63,735 nt of DNA, filler included, from Bigelowiella natans CCMP2755 (GCA_000320545.1; 8 parts of 8 records of this genome joined end to end with filler, not necessarily neighbours in it); one strand, 5' to 3'. Numbered from the whole stretch's first letter, positions 1 through 14,473 are shown. The notes: generated by a model from the sequence alone, not told the origin. Numbers and translations are program-made.

Positions 1-34
1 ACGCACCCACACAATCAGGCGCAAACCACATAGA

Positions 35-97
<63 letters not shown>

Positions 98-129
98 GCT
101 ATTATAGTATATGCAATCGCCAGATTTGG

Positions 130-1053
130 AGAGTACCAACGCCCTCACAACGCCTTGTCTGAATTTATCTAATTGCTCCCTTCGATGAGCCTTAGAATGG
201 GGAAAGGATAGAGAAGGGAGGGGGGTAGGGGAGCGGGGGGGGAGAGTTCCATAAAACCGACACAAGAACGACACGCATCTGATGGGAACATGCTTCATCG
301 TAAAGATAATATCCATGAAGGACCAAGAACCACATCGCTCTTAGAGCAATGAAGGCAGTTAAGAAAACCGAACCAACGCGCAGCTATCCTCGCATCCTCA
401 AAGAGGCTTGCGCTGCTTTTGAAAGCAGTTCTGCGCGTGAAACAATAGCCGCGCGAGCTCTACCTTCCGCATCGAGCCCTCGAGCCACGACATCGAAAGG
501 CCCTCTCTGTTACACGTTCCAACGGACATATACCAAAACCAGTGCAATTAGCTACTAATTACTCGGCCTTTTGGCTATATATTTAATGCGATTATCACCG
601 ACTACTCACTCTGTTTAGTACACCGATATACATATCCCTTCTACTTCTCGTGGCAACAGTAAGTGCTAGGCTCCGTTATAATCATGATATAACAAAGGGA
701 GGGGGGGGGGGGGGGGGGTGGACAACGTAACGACGAATCTTGTTGCGGTGGCGGTATTGAGGACTTACCGTTGGATTTTAAACACGACGTCTTTCACCTT
801 GTTTGTTTTCACGTAAAAACCAGAAACAAGCATACGCTTAAATATAAACACACACGCACGCACACACACACACACACACAAAAGAGAAGGGGAGGGAGGG
901 AGAGAGAGAGAGAGAGAGAGGGAGAGAGGAAGAGAAGGATAGAGAGCAGACAGATACTTGCTTATCGTAGTTGACGAAAACGAGAGCTCTGCTTGCGTTT
1001 ACAGCATGGAGAACCCTCCTTGTCATATCCGACCGATGCCTGGCATTTATATA

Positions 1054-1088
<35 letters not shown>

Positions 1089-1511
1089 ATATAACTAGGT
1101 AACAGTGTGCTAAAAAGGTATCTAAAAGACCCAACAAAACACGCGACGACGGCACTTTCCCCGCCCCAACGATTTCCCGCGCTTCTACACGCCGCAATGA
1201 CAACGGGCCCACGTGTGCGAGCGCAAAGGGGGGGGAGAGAAGGCTAGAATCTCTTCTCTCTCTCTCCCGGCTCAAACTGCGTATTAATTCATGGATTGAA
1301 GGGGGCTTAAAGGTTATTTTCCAAAACAAAAGATAAGCCTACTACCGCCACGATGATTTGACAGTCGTAACACCACCTGTCGTGTGAGAAGACGACGAAG
1401 TGCCTCACGCCGGGGGGGAGGGAGAGAGGCTCGGCATCCGAGCCGCCTTCTTTGTCCCCAGATGCTATTCCTGAGCGGTTACGACGATGATGACGACGAT
1501 GATGATGGCGA

Positions 1512-1565
<54 letters not shown>

Positions 1566-2407
1566 ATATATTTATATATGTATTCTGTATAAGGATCTCC
1601 GGCACAGCGTAATGTACTCGAAGCGCTTGCTATGGATGCGTCTATCAGCCTCGCCCCGCACATGATGACAAGGTAGCAGTGTGGAAAAAGGAGCTGACCC
1701 TTTTGTTCTTTGGGCTGTTCAGACGCAACCTAGAAACATGTAAATAAATAAATAAATCAAGACCTCCCTACATCATTTATTAATACATCGTAACGCACAT
1801 TAATGTACCAAACGGTTCGAAAACTTGGCGAAAAGAAAAAAGGCGTCGAGCTTCGCCTATTACGCATAGACATCTGCCTCGAGATGAGCACCGCACCTTA
1901 CGCATTTGCGGTAGGCCCATATCAACGTGTGCTCTGTGGATGATCTAACGACACACAGCCATAGGCAGAAGAAGCAGGTTGCAGGAGTCAGCAACCACGG
2001 CGGAGCGCGCGCGCGGCGCGCGCGCTTGTATGCGTGGTGTTTGTTTGTGTCTGAGCGGGGAGAAAGAGGGCGTCGCCGCCTTTCCTCACATATGCTGAAA
2101 CGGCACTCTCCCACGCTCATGCGCAATCCCCGGCAAGAGCACAAACACAACGTGCTCGAGGACTCATTGGAACTACTGCGTTTAGTCGGTCTTTTGACCG
2201 CGAAAGGAGAGGCATACCGACGGACTGATCGATGCAGAGACAAGTAGGAGATTCACGTGTTTTGGGACTCGAGCTGCCCTAACCGTCGTCATGATATCTG
2301 TCGTTGCGTGTGGAAAGCGCACGTGTGTGCCGTTTGTGCGATAGCGAGGCAAGGTTCTTATGTAACGCGTATAGCTTTCGAGAGAGAAGGGGGAAAGAGA
2401 GAGGGAG

Positions 2408-2463
<56 letters not shown>

Positions 2464-2508
2464 TAGAGAGGTAATAATCTTGCATAAAACATAATTTTTA
2501 AACATTAT

Positions 2509-2555
<47 letters not shown>

Positions 2556-2718
2556 GGGGCATTGCTCACTATTGTTGGACCAGACAGCTGCTTACACGTG
2601 TCATCACCACCTTTGAGATGCTGCAGGTAATTATTCCTTGGAGACTCCGACAGCAGCTCATCGGCCTCATCTAGCACAACGGTATCTACCTGCTCGTTTT
2701 CAAGTTTCGCAGCTCATT

Positions 2719-2758
<40 letters not shown>

Positions 2759-3703
2759 CGTGCGTGCGAGCGCGCGTGAATAGTGTGATTGGCTATTGGT
2801 CTTTTCAAGCAAACTCACACCTTTGATAAATGGAGGCCGCCCTTTTCAATATGATCGAAGAGTCTTCCTGGAGTTCCTTCAGGTTATGGCGATAGGGTGC
2901 TCAGTACACACGCACGGCTGGCCGCACGCTTATGTGTGCGCGTGATGGCGGTAGTAGATACATGCACGATTTCGAGCATGTGGTCTTTGGATGGATGCAA
3001 TGGACAAGGTATCATATCAAGAAACCATTTGCTCTTATCATAATATACATGTAATTAAATATATTATAAATATATATATATATTATAGGCATACCTACTA
3101 ACAACACAAGGTTTTTCCGCCTTAAAGCCTCTGACTGGCGCTTAAAATTCGCACCTAAGAATACCCCCCCCCCCCCCCCCACACATGCAATTCGACCAAA
3201 AGAATACATTAAGTATTCATACGCGCACTTGTGGGTATTGGTGTGCGTGTTAGCGCGCGCTCGTATATGTATGGGCATTACATATTTTTGTAATTAAATA
3301 AATAAATATATATATATATATATATATACTATATAATATACCGCCTATAATCTGCTGCACACACCCAGGCCCTCCTGTGGAAAAACATTCATAACAGCAA
3401 TAATCATTTGACCGCCTCCCAGCAAGTAAATCACCACCCTTAACGACCCGCTTTCCACTCACAAACCAAGATATTCGGCCTCTTTGGCGATTTGCATGGC
3501 TAACTCCCTCGTCGGAGCGATGACGATTGCACAAGCTCCAGCAGCCGCGCCTGGCGACCTCACATCTTTGCGCTGCCTCTTACTCTTCGCTTGGGAGATG
3601 TCATTTTGGCTGTGTTTGATGACGCATAATCGGGAGAGACTTTCAGAATCAAGCTAGGGAGGAGGAGTGAAAGCAAAACAGAGAGAGCGGGAGCGAGAGC
3701 GGG

Positions 3704-3766
<63 letters not shown>

Positions 3767-4681
3767 AAGAAAGAGAAATAAAAAAAAGAACAAACTGAGA
3801 AATAATGCGATTTCTATTCACAAGAGAAATTGCTGTTCCTTCCTGATGCCGTCTTTGACTCTGCATTGAAAGCACCAAACCACATTCGATACGCAGCCAT
3901 CCTACCTCGTCTTCTTGCCTCGTCCATAGTAAAGAGTGAGAAGGGGGAGGAGATACGCTAAGGTTTTCCCAGATCTATCATCGGAGTGGTGTTAGCTTGA
4001 TTGATGATAAACACGAGAGACTACTACAGCATCCGCCAGTCGGAATGAAAACTCCTCCCACCCGCGCGTCTATGCGCGTTCGCATGTTCATATTTAGCTT
4101 CGAAGTCGCTCACAAGAGCCGGCATGGTGACATGGCGTCTATTTTAAAAAAAAAAACCCTCGTACCCTGTGTAGCACTGTATTGCCGCGTCCTTCCTTTG
4201 CAGCACCCTCGGGATAGCAGCGATCTGTGTTGATGATGAGCGCGTATGGCCACAAACGAGGAATTCATGCTTCCAACCTATATCTGCATCGGGGAGAGTT
4301 AAAACCTGGACGGACGTGGGAGATGTGATATTCTTCGCGCGCAGCTTCGATACGAAGTCACCTTTCAAACCGGGCGGGGAGGGGGCAGGAATGCTGCTGT
4401 TGGAAGTAAATAAGGCGCCCTTCCCCTCCCCCACCCAGTTAATACAAAACGCGATCTTACGTTGAATGCCTAATGTCTGCCATGTCGCACCGTCAGGAAA
4501 CAGGTGTGATGACTCCGTGGCCCCCAACGGCTGCCCTCCTATCAAGAAAGCGATAATCATAATCTCGTCGCTAGTTCCGAGGGGGGGAGCGAATTCACTG
4601 ACGGTTCAATGCCCCTGAAAACAGGAGCGCCCACGAGACCAAAAAGAAGGCACCCCGCCCCGCCCAATCCAAGAGCATCAT
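130..4681 (-). CDS. DEAD-box RNA helicase, plant RH47/ISE1-like, multi-exon; 3' end runs off the window start, start codon approximate
   Basis: Spliced exons read Q motif (ITSPTSVQ|IAAIPRVLQRKDAAIQCYTG), motif I (SGKTLAYLLP), Ia (IAPTRELAMQI), GGANFKRQSEAL, GTPGRL, VLDEADELL, LLVSAS, then LPPGVRHF, RALVFVN, VKDVVFKIQR|EGLSMSWLEGSMRK|AHRREQLDKFRQG. The candidate first exon MMLLDWAGRGAFFLVSWALLFSGALN is hydrophobic and signal-like. Confidence 0.9.
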
Positions 4682-5106
4682 CCTTGCCGATCGCACCGTT
4701 CAGCGATGCATGCTCATGTAAGGGGGGGAACGGGCAGGGGTCGGAAGAAGACCGGGGAACGGCAAGCAGGTTTATTTGAGCACGATGTCCTCTCCATGCC
4801 GATGAACGATGGAATTAGGCACAAATTCTACGATATTTCCGGCATAGAATACGACATCCGGAAAAGGAATTCGTTCATTTTTTCAATTTTTTGGTCGAAG
4901 CAATCTGGCTACCGGTACTACGTGCAATCTCCGAGAGATTTCCTCGAGTTTATTCTTTTTAAATCCCCGACGGACGGACCAATGACCGAGCGTTTCGACC
5001 GAGTAACGTCGAATGGTTACTTTTGCGGCGTCGTGGCGGTCAAACAACCCAGATATTCCGCAGCACTTCAAACCGGACATCGAATTGAAGAGAGCCTCAT
5101 CGCAGC
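4682..5106. promoter_or_regulatory. Probable bidirectional promoter (helicase / Roco gene)
   Basis: About 430 bp, microsatellite-free, between divergent starts. Confidence 0.5.
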
Positions 5107-6738
5107 ATGTCCATGGAGCCCGAGATCGAGCAGAATGCTGATCGCATCGGTGAATTCAGGGCCGACGGGCATGTGTATAAACTGCTTGAAAAATTGGGGT
5201 AAGCTTCATCTTTCCCACGCGCACAAAATCTGTTCTCAACAAGACCTCTCTATCCCCCACCACCACAGAGCATCGACCAACGGAGTTCTTTACTTGGCAG
5301 ATGATAATAGGGAGAATAAACTGTACGGAGCTGTGACGTTTCATAATTACTTGCAATTTTAATACGCATAGCTAGACATGACCAAAGTACAGAATAGTGT
5401 AACATTCGATCGCTCCGCCACCTCAATGTGAACTGATGACGCTGTGCAAACACCATCAAAATCAGGGGATAGATGAAAAAAATATGCGAAAATACAGTAT
5501 GCTAGCCTTGATTATGATAACTATATTTTTCAACCTCGCCCGCATCAAGCGGGAGGAATCAAAGGGATAAGTGTTAAATAGCAACTACATCCTGAACCGA
5601 TAATTTTATTCCTGAAGGGTGTGTTTGGAATTATCAAAAGATGGAGAAAGGTACTACGTAAACGTACAAAATGCCTCTATATCTAACTGCACTACATTCA
5701 CATATTTATAATTAACCAGTCCGCCGAACGAATTCAAAGCGATGGAAGAACTGAAGGACTGCCCCTATATTGTAACAGACTCGAAGCGAGAAACCTTTTT
5801 AAGAAGAAGGAAATACAAAAATTCACCTCCTGTTACTTTGTTGTCGTTAAACAGGTCAAGGCCATAAGGTTACACGAATCGGGACATTTGTTATCTAAAT
5901 CTGGGAAGAGTTTTGGAATGGTGAAATAATGAAATATATTTATGTTATCCATCGAGGTTGTCTTATTGTGGGATATTTTAATCTCTTTGTCTTTCTACTA
6001 ATTACGCCACAGACTGCACTTGCAATGGAGCATTGCAGATCAAATTTATATAATTTGATTCTTTCTTCGAGGAGAGAGGCTACTGGTTTTCGTCTTTCTC
6101 AGTACTACTTTCGCCAGTTAGTCTTGGCCCTGGAAGCATTGCAGGAGAAAAAAATAATACACCGGTAATCATGTGCTTCCTCGCATACTATGCATTATTG
6201 GAATGCGGGTACAAATACTCAGCTGTGCTGATAATGATTTAAAGGCGTTGCTGTCTACTTTATCACACATATCATCATTATGCTGATCACGTCTTTTATA
6301 GATATTTAAACAGGAGAATAAGCCTCTCCCTCTCCCCCCCCCCTCTCTCTCTTTCTCTCTATACTCTTGCTGATCAGTCAACAAATACGATTTTTGTCTT
6401 ACACTATTTGTATGATCTAGCGATTTGAAGCCATTAAATATTTACATCGGGGGGGGTGAGCATCAAGAGGGTAAGCATCTAAAAGTCGGCGGATTTAGGT
6501 ATGAGCTGCTTCTGTATTATTATTTATTGGGCTCCGATCTATAGGAAGTATACATATGAAAGATATTCCTATTGCGTGATGCATTGTTCTTACTCAGAAT
6601 TAAATATGTCGCATGGAGATAAAAGTTCTTCTGGATGTCAATTGTTTGAATACGTCATCATTAATTCTATCAAAAGGAATTGTGCGTTTGGTGATGAAGC
6701 AAAAGGTGCTGCGGGAACTCGCGGGTAATTCTGTCCTC

Positions 6739-6777
<39 letters not shown>

Positions 6778-7988
6778 TGTGTTGACATGTGATGGAAAGG
6801 AGTTAGGGAATAGTATATCCGAGCAAGATCACTAGAAACTGTTTCTTATCATATTCTATCCATTTCTTCAGATACATGGCGCCCGAAATTACATCTTCAC
6901 CAGACGGAAAATATAAAAATAAAGTTGACATCTTCAGCGCAGGGGTTTCTTTCCATCATTCTTTCGAATACTTGTTGTCACTCTTGACGCTAGGAAGAAT
7001 CTTTTTCTGCTCGAACGACAACATCCTATCTTCCTCTCCATCTATGGGATTCTCTGCAAAGTGCAAATAAGTATGATTTCATGATGTATCAGGTGATCTT
7101 ATTTATAATGTTGTACGGCTATTCTCCATTTCCTGGCCAGTTAGGGAAAACCGACATTTCTGATAAAAGGGTAAAATACTTCAGAGTCAATTTTCACAAA
7201 ATGTATCATATACCACTGTTTTTCCACATCCTTCAACGTTTGATTATGCAGCGTATAAACTGTGAATCGGACGTTGATGCGACATATATGGGCTACCCTA
7301 CATTATGAGAGTGTCTAACACTGTATGGCTACTTCTAAAACCTACGTTTGATAGATTACAAAGTTGGCTTTGAGTCGTTTTTAGTGCTCTGATTGATTGG
7401 CATCTAAATTATTCGCAGGAATTCTGGAAAATTCAATTTCATTATCACAAATGGCATTTAAAGCGAGGGGTTATGCAATTAATCGTAAAAGGCACTGCTG
7501 ATGAGTTATACTCTGCCACGAGAGATATTCGGTACTATGTTAGAGCATGTAGACAGAACAATGGGGTAGGAAACTTACAACAATACCGACAACCCGTACA
7601 ATTCAATTCGTCTTCGCGAGTCTCGGAAGAGAGATCAAAGGCGTTCGTTTCCTTTCTATTTTTTCGATTTCGTATCGCTACACTGCATAATTCGATGCAC
7701 AAGAAGCCGAATAAGGACTACAGTACTCTTGCATCTTTCGGACTGAAAACTACTTGCAAGCCACACTCAATACGGCACACATACTGCAATAAACGTGTCT
7801 TGATATTTGATGATTTCACCTGTCCTGCTTTTGAACCCCCCTGTCTGTTAACAATATTTGAACGTCTAGTTACCCAATCATACTGGCTCACGGGGAGGAA
7901 AAAGAGCTAGATTCGGTGGTTTGCTACAGTTTTGCGTAAGTTACATAATAGCGATCGCCCAGATTATTGATAATGGGGAAACAACAAC

Positions 7989-8040
<52 letters not shown>

Positions 8041-8553
8041 ACAATACTACCGTCACCCACTGGGGCGATTAGGTAGATGTGAACAGAGAAAAAGGACAGT
8101 AGAGGAGAATAATTAGATGTTTTGTATTGTGGATGTGATTCAGAAATGTCTTGATATTTCCTGTTTTTCTCATGTTTCTAATGCTAGCGAACTGAAGGAA
8201 AGTGTTAGTGGCAAATCCAATAAGGTACATGTAAGCACTTGCAAAGTTTTATATGCATATCGATGATTTTGATAATTTCCATAGGCTCTGAAATTCGCAG
8301 TGTACAGATTCGTGGCAATGGATTTGATTGATGGCATGCTGGAAACTGACCCTGAACGCAGGTGTGCAGCATGGCCATTCTCACTCTCTAGTTCTAACTA
8401 TGCTTACGACGTTGATAAAGTTTTGCTCTGAAATTGTGTTTTTTGGTAACCGTCACTCTTGCCGTCATCGTCTTTATTTGCCCTTATAGGTGGAACATCG
8501 ATAGGATTAAGAGCCACGAGTTTTTCATTCAAACTCCGGACTTTTCGGCGGAG
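5107..8553 (+). other. Protein kinase-fold domain (predicted pseudokinase) of the Roco gene
   Basis: LGASTNGVLYLA, KLVCLE, NEFKAMEELKDCPYIV, LAMEHC, YFRQLVLALEALQEKKIIHRDLKPLNI, LKVGGFR, GTRGYMAPE, KVDIFSAGVILFIMLYGYSPF, DLIDGMLETDPERRWNIDRIKSHEFF. Confidence 0.92.
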
Positions 8554-10803
8554 GTAGTTTTGATTCTCCTCAACACACACTGTCGACAATAATCGGCATA
8601 TGAGAAGAGTAGAAAGCGGGGGATAGAGGATGGTGTCTTACGTCCGTTCCATGTTACCATTTTTATTGTTTTTTTTTGTTTCAATGTAAATCTATTTTTA
8701 TCGAGGGAAGAATGCAGTTCCAAGTATGTTCTGTGGTCCTCCTTCCACTTCTTTTCTTCCCTGCCTAAACATAACCCTGTATTTTCGTTTTGCAAGGAGA
8801 TCCAGAAGGCTCTGAGATTAGTCTATGTTGAGGAAAATCGCATATCATTTTTTGAAGCCGCTGCATCCGGAGATCTCAACAGTTTACAATTCTTGACTAA
8901 GGGTATCTTGGACCTCGATGGCCTCGATCTCCTCCACGATATGGAAGATCCAAAGGGCAGTGGAACCACGCCTCTCCATGTTGCCGCTCGCAATGGCAAA
9001 CTGGATGTCGTAAGATATCTCAAGGAAGAGCTCAGGTTTGATCCTTACAAAAAAGATAATGAAAGTAAAACACCTCTCGATCTTGCAATTTCGAGCAAGA
9101 GATCTGACGTTGTAAAGTATCTGCAAAAGGTAAAACTGGAAAAATAAATGATTTGCCCCCCTTCTCGCCTTTCCATGATTCCTATTGAGGGCGGGGTCGG
9201 TTGGATGTTTGGTTTTGAGGTTGCGTGAAGTTGAGGTTGTCTTTGAATGTAAACATGGCATCTTGGAAAGCAGAGCACTTCGAAGCCACAGATGTCAATC
9301 GAATTATCTTGGATAGGTAATGAAGGGCGACGAAAAGGAGGAAAAGGAGGAAAAGGTGGGTAAAAAAAAAGACGTTGAAACACTTAGAGAAACGTGTACC
9401 TGCCTGAATAGTCCAGGAGCTTTACTGTTGCTTTTGTAAACTTAGAATCTTCATCTTTTCCTCGATTCCTAACTACACAACATTCATGTTTCGGCGCTCA
9501 GAATGGTGACCTCACTATCGAAGCTATGAAACGGCTCTATTCTAGCACGACGCCGTGGCGACGATCTCGACTGATGATTGTTGGCAAAGGAAAAACAGGA
9601 AAAACGACACTTTACATGGCGTTGAAGGGAGAAGAGTTTCGGATCCCTGAATCAACGGTGGTGAAAACATAGATGAAAAGCCACCCCGCCGCATTCTCGA
9701 TTCATTCGTTCTCACTTTGGTATTCATCCTTATATTTGAAGATCGTTGCGGACGTCACCGTTCAGGATGTCTCTGCAGGCGCTGCGACAACAGCTTTTAA
9801 CGAAGTTAAAATGGGTAGATTCTAATATCCTTCGAAGCCATAATTGTTATTTTTCCAATTATCTCTATCGTATATTGCTGTTTTTGTTATTACTGTGCAG
9901 GTGGAAACCTTGAGCGGGCACTAGGAGCGATCATGAAAGGGCAGCAGGTAGGGAAGATAGAAGGTGGTGCTTCTTGCTGCTTTAAAAACTGTATGAACAA
10001 ACCTAGTTCGAAATGCCGTAAGTCGGTCATCGTATGAGTCAATGCCTAATGTGCTTTTCTTCCTAGAGCGAGACACGCAACACGGAGACGGACAAAAATG
10101 AAAAACCAGGTAGTTTGGTCATTATTGCATCAAGCAGAATAACCTAAATACCGGGCTAAATAACGCTGCACTCAGCCGCTTTCGAAGAAAAATCAAATAA
10201 GACTGAGCACGGTGTAGAGGCAAAGGGATCTAAAGCGGCCAGGTTCGAAGGTGTTTCATTTCCACCCCCAGATCCGGAAGAGTATGAACGGCTCTGCAAG
10301 GTAGCCTAGCATGCGCGGAAACGAATTCGATTATATATCGAAACATATCGCTTCAAGCGAATATATCACTTCATGCTAATAAATGCGTCCAAAACCAAAA
10401 GAAATTGGACAACTGGCATCTCGACAAGGCTAAAGATGATCCAGAAGCCATGCGAGTAAGCACCTGTGATGTTGTCTGGGCATTGTGCGTGTTTGGCTGC
10501 AGACTGTTGGAGTGAGGGTTCACGACATGAATGTTCTCTCTCTTCAAATTCCTAGGTGTCGGTCTGGGATTTCGGCGGCCAGGAGGTGTTTTATACGTCG
10601 CACGTGATGTTTCTCAATCGCAACTGCCTCTACATGGTGGTGTTTTCTTTGGCGGAGTTCCTCGGAAGGGAGAGCAATGGAAACGGTAGTACCACACTGT
10701 GGTAAATGGAGTTTTGCTATTTGCTACCTTAATTAGGTTGAGAGATAGATATGGGCGCCAAATATTAAATATACACTCATGTGCTTAGCTCGAGAGAAAA
10801 AAA

Positions 10804-10847
<44 letters not shown>

Positions 10848-13800
10848 ACTGTTTAAAATTGAGAGTAAAAGAGCAGCGTTTGGCAGACCGTACACACTTA
10901 AACACACCCACACCACAAACACTCTGTCTCGATAGGCAACACAGCTGAAAAACAAAGAGAGGACGCAGAGGAGTTCCTGAGAATCTGGCTTCAGAATATC
11001 CGCACATTTGCTCCTGGAGCGCCGATTATATTTGTTGGAACAAAGATTGATAAACTTGAAGAATACAATGATCCAGAGGTAATAAATGTTCATACAAACG
11101 CGCACGCGAGAGCACGCGCGTACATACACGAAACATGGGCCTGCGCTCTCATTCTGTATATTATTTCCGCGTATGCAACCCCGAAATGAAATTCAGGAGC
11201 TGCTGGATGTTCTTGAAGATGTCGACGAAAAGATTACAGATATAGCAAGAGAGGTTCTCTGCTTCCCACGAATTAAACGAAAATAAATTTAAAGACATTC
11301 ACACACAGGCTCACACACAGGCCCATTCACGATCGTGTTTTTACACCTTTGTTCTACAAGTTTCATGAATATAACATCTAAATAAGATTTTTGAGGGTTC
11401 GCAATCTTATCCGTGGTCTCGATGCAAACAATGGCGCCCAGACGGGGCTGCAGAGCCTGCAGATTTAATTTTTTTCCCCGCCAATAGCAAGTGAGTAAGG
11501 CTATACTACCAAGCTGCAATAGTCACCATTTGGAACTTGTTACATTTCTTTGATTTCTCAATTCAGTGTCTTGCTTTCGTGTTAAGGTATCGATCGAGCG
11601 ACGGGGAGGTACATGGCACTGTTGTAGAGCTGCGAAGACAAGTGATAGAAAGATTCCAGAACGATGAAAAAGTAATTCCAGAGTAGATACAGCCGTGTTG
11701 TTTTAGCCTGCGTCGTTGTACTTATGAGATTGACGACTTATTAGGCAAACGAAGCGGTACCAGCTGTATGGACAAAAGTGTGTGATGACTTGATTGCCAA
11801 GAATAAGGCGATATTTACCATTGAGGCTATCAAAGAGGAATGCCGCAAGCACAAAATCGAAAACGAGAACGTAGTTCGTTTGATGTTGGGAAAGTAAGTT
11901 AAAAACATGGTGAATGTTCGCAAATCCACGTTTGATCTTTCCTATCGACGTTTTAAATACTTAGATACCACGAGTTGGGCCTGGCGATGTATTTCTACGA
12001 AGATGGGCTAAAAGATGTACGCCGAGCTTCTGATTTGTATCTTGCTCGGATCATGATTTTTCTGAATAGTGTACACTTTTCCAGTACATCGTATGGCAAC
12101 CCCAGCACCTCATTGATCTTGTGAAGAAGCTGATATTTGACCGCCGATTGCACAGGCGGGCGAAAAAGAGCCAGGAACTGTAATAATAGAGTTGAATTGA
12201 TATGCTACCAGAAAAATCTTTTGTTCTCTCACCTGCTGCGACAATGGTAGTGATGAAGTGCATCGATGTTTCTACTGTTGACATATTTAGAGCTCTCAAA
12301 CACGCTGGGGAAGTTAAAAAGTAAGGACCACGCCCTTCACTCTCCCGTGGCGATAATAGATATAAGTTTGACAATTTAAATCCATTGTCTCCATTCAAGA
12401 CGATGTTTATTTTGTGCTGTGGCATAGATATCTTGAGACTGGGGTAATCCACGAAGCCGTGTTGAGGCACCTGTGGCAGGAAAAGACCCCTGAAGACGAA
12501 AAAGAAGACAGCAAAGCCAGAGCAAACGGGCTCGAGCAAAAGAAGAAGCTCTATGACTTCGGCCGCAACATGTTGCAGAAGTAGCACATTGATTTGTCCT
12601 AAGTGTTGCCATGAGTGGGGTTGACTTTCAACTTGTGCGCATATATAAATGAATCACAATTTATGCGTTTGTCTTCGTTTGTTTTACCGCTTAAATGCAG
12701 GTTCTTGATGCTGTGCAAAATCGGCGGAACGGAAAAGTATTTAGTGCCTTCAATGATGACGAAGAGCAGAGCCAAAAAGACATTTGTCACAGCTGTTAGC
12801 AATTTTTTCTTGCACTTCACATTACCAAGGCCGCATTCTTATTATGACATTCTCATTGGAAACATCGGTAGCAACAGTGCTGCTTCATATTGCGTTAGCA
12901 AGTGTATAATAAAACAACTGTTTCAAAGTATTCACGTGATTGTAATTGACTATCTCTGTGCGTGTGTTCTTGAATTGTGTAGTAACTGAGCTTTCGTCCA
13001 ATACTGAACGTACAAAGCAACTTCGAGGAGGTAGTGTGAGTGGCCGTCGTTACTATCATCATCATCACCATCGTTATCATCCGAATAGTAAATCAATCCG
13101 CCATCGTACACCGCTGACCTAAGACTTAAACATGCTTAATACCAGGAGATACTAGTCCATTTAAACTGGAGAAGCAGGTGAATGTAAACTCATTTCGTTT
13201 TTCTTTTTGTTGATCATGCGTTATAATTAATATATTATATGTATTAGAAACCGACCTTCATTTCTTCCTAATACTCCATTTTCATGGATGGGTTGTTCGT
13301 CAGTTTTTCGACCTTGAAAATGGCAAAGCTGAATTATATCTTGAACCTGTGCATTTCCGAGTAAGCACTTCAATGCAGAAGAAGGACAGGTAGCCACGCA
13401 TTCAACACACACGCGCGCGCGTGCACACGCATACGCAGAGAAAGGGGAGGGATAGGGGGCAGAGTGACAGTGAAAGAGAGACTAACCGCCTGTATCATCT
13501 TTCAGGGGGGGTAACCGTCTTGTTATGAGAAAAATTTATATCGAAATTCTATCGGATATCAAAGACAGCGCAAGGTGCGTCGACGTCGAAGTTAACTTTA
13601 CGATTGTTTTACCCTAGATTTTGGGAAAATATGACCGTGATTGCGTCTATATTTGCGCAGGATATTGCAATTCATCCTCGAGATCGCCAATGGTATCCGC
13701 GCGTGGCCGTACCAGAACAGTGATGCGACCAAGTTTTGTGTGTTTTTGTTCGATCGGTACATATATATTGAGAAGCAATAAGTAGATGAAGTAGTCCCTA

Positions 13801-14401
13801 GCGGCGTTATATATTTATATACATATATGTATATATATGTGTATATATATTTGCAGCAGGATATTTATTATGTATTGTCGCAATTTATATCCTGTGGTGT
13901 TGTACTGTAACTTTCTCAATGTAGCACAATGACGTATACTGTCGAGCATGAAAAATGGCAAGACGCTTGTGACACCAAAAAAACGAAAGTCGCCGCCGAG
14001 AAAATCGCCACCCAGACGACCTCCAGGATCGAAATGGCTGAATTCCGGTTTTGGGAGCCATTCTACGAGCTTTTCAGCAACCACTACGCACTACGGTGAC
14101 GTGCACTGATATGAAACTAGTTACAAATAAATGAATGTTATTTTCGAGGTGGAGGGTAATAATAGCTAGGGAGGGCACAATTGTTATGATCGTGATGATG
14201 GTATGAGCAGTTATATACCATTGCGTAAAGGGGACACCTCTAATTTTTCGGCTGTATCAGTCGCACATTCGATTTCTGTGATCGTTCATCGGGCAATGAC
14301 AGCAAAGAGGTCCTTCTGCTCGAGACTGCAAAGAAAACCTTCGAGGTGAGGACTCCACCACACATCATTATGCCATGAATCGCAAGGGACAGTGTCCCTG
14401 C

Positions 14402-14442
<41 letters not shown>

Positions 14443-14473
14443 ACACAGTGAGCGAGAAAAGGTGAGAGGGAGG

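Noticed and set aside
4144-4560. 138-aa ORF as a possible recombinase or transposon remnant
   Set aside because: It is explained as three in-frame exons plus introns of the DEAD-box helicase.
4706-5362. 218-aa ORF as a standalone gene
   Set aside because: It is a chance open frame through promoter and intron. Only its tail (ASTNGVLYLADDNRENKL) is real, as exon 2 of the Roco gene.
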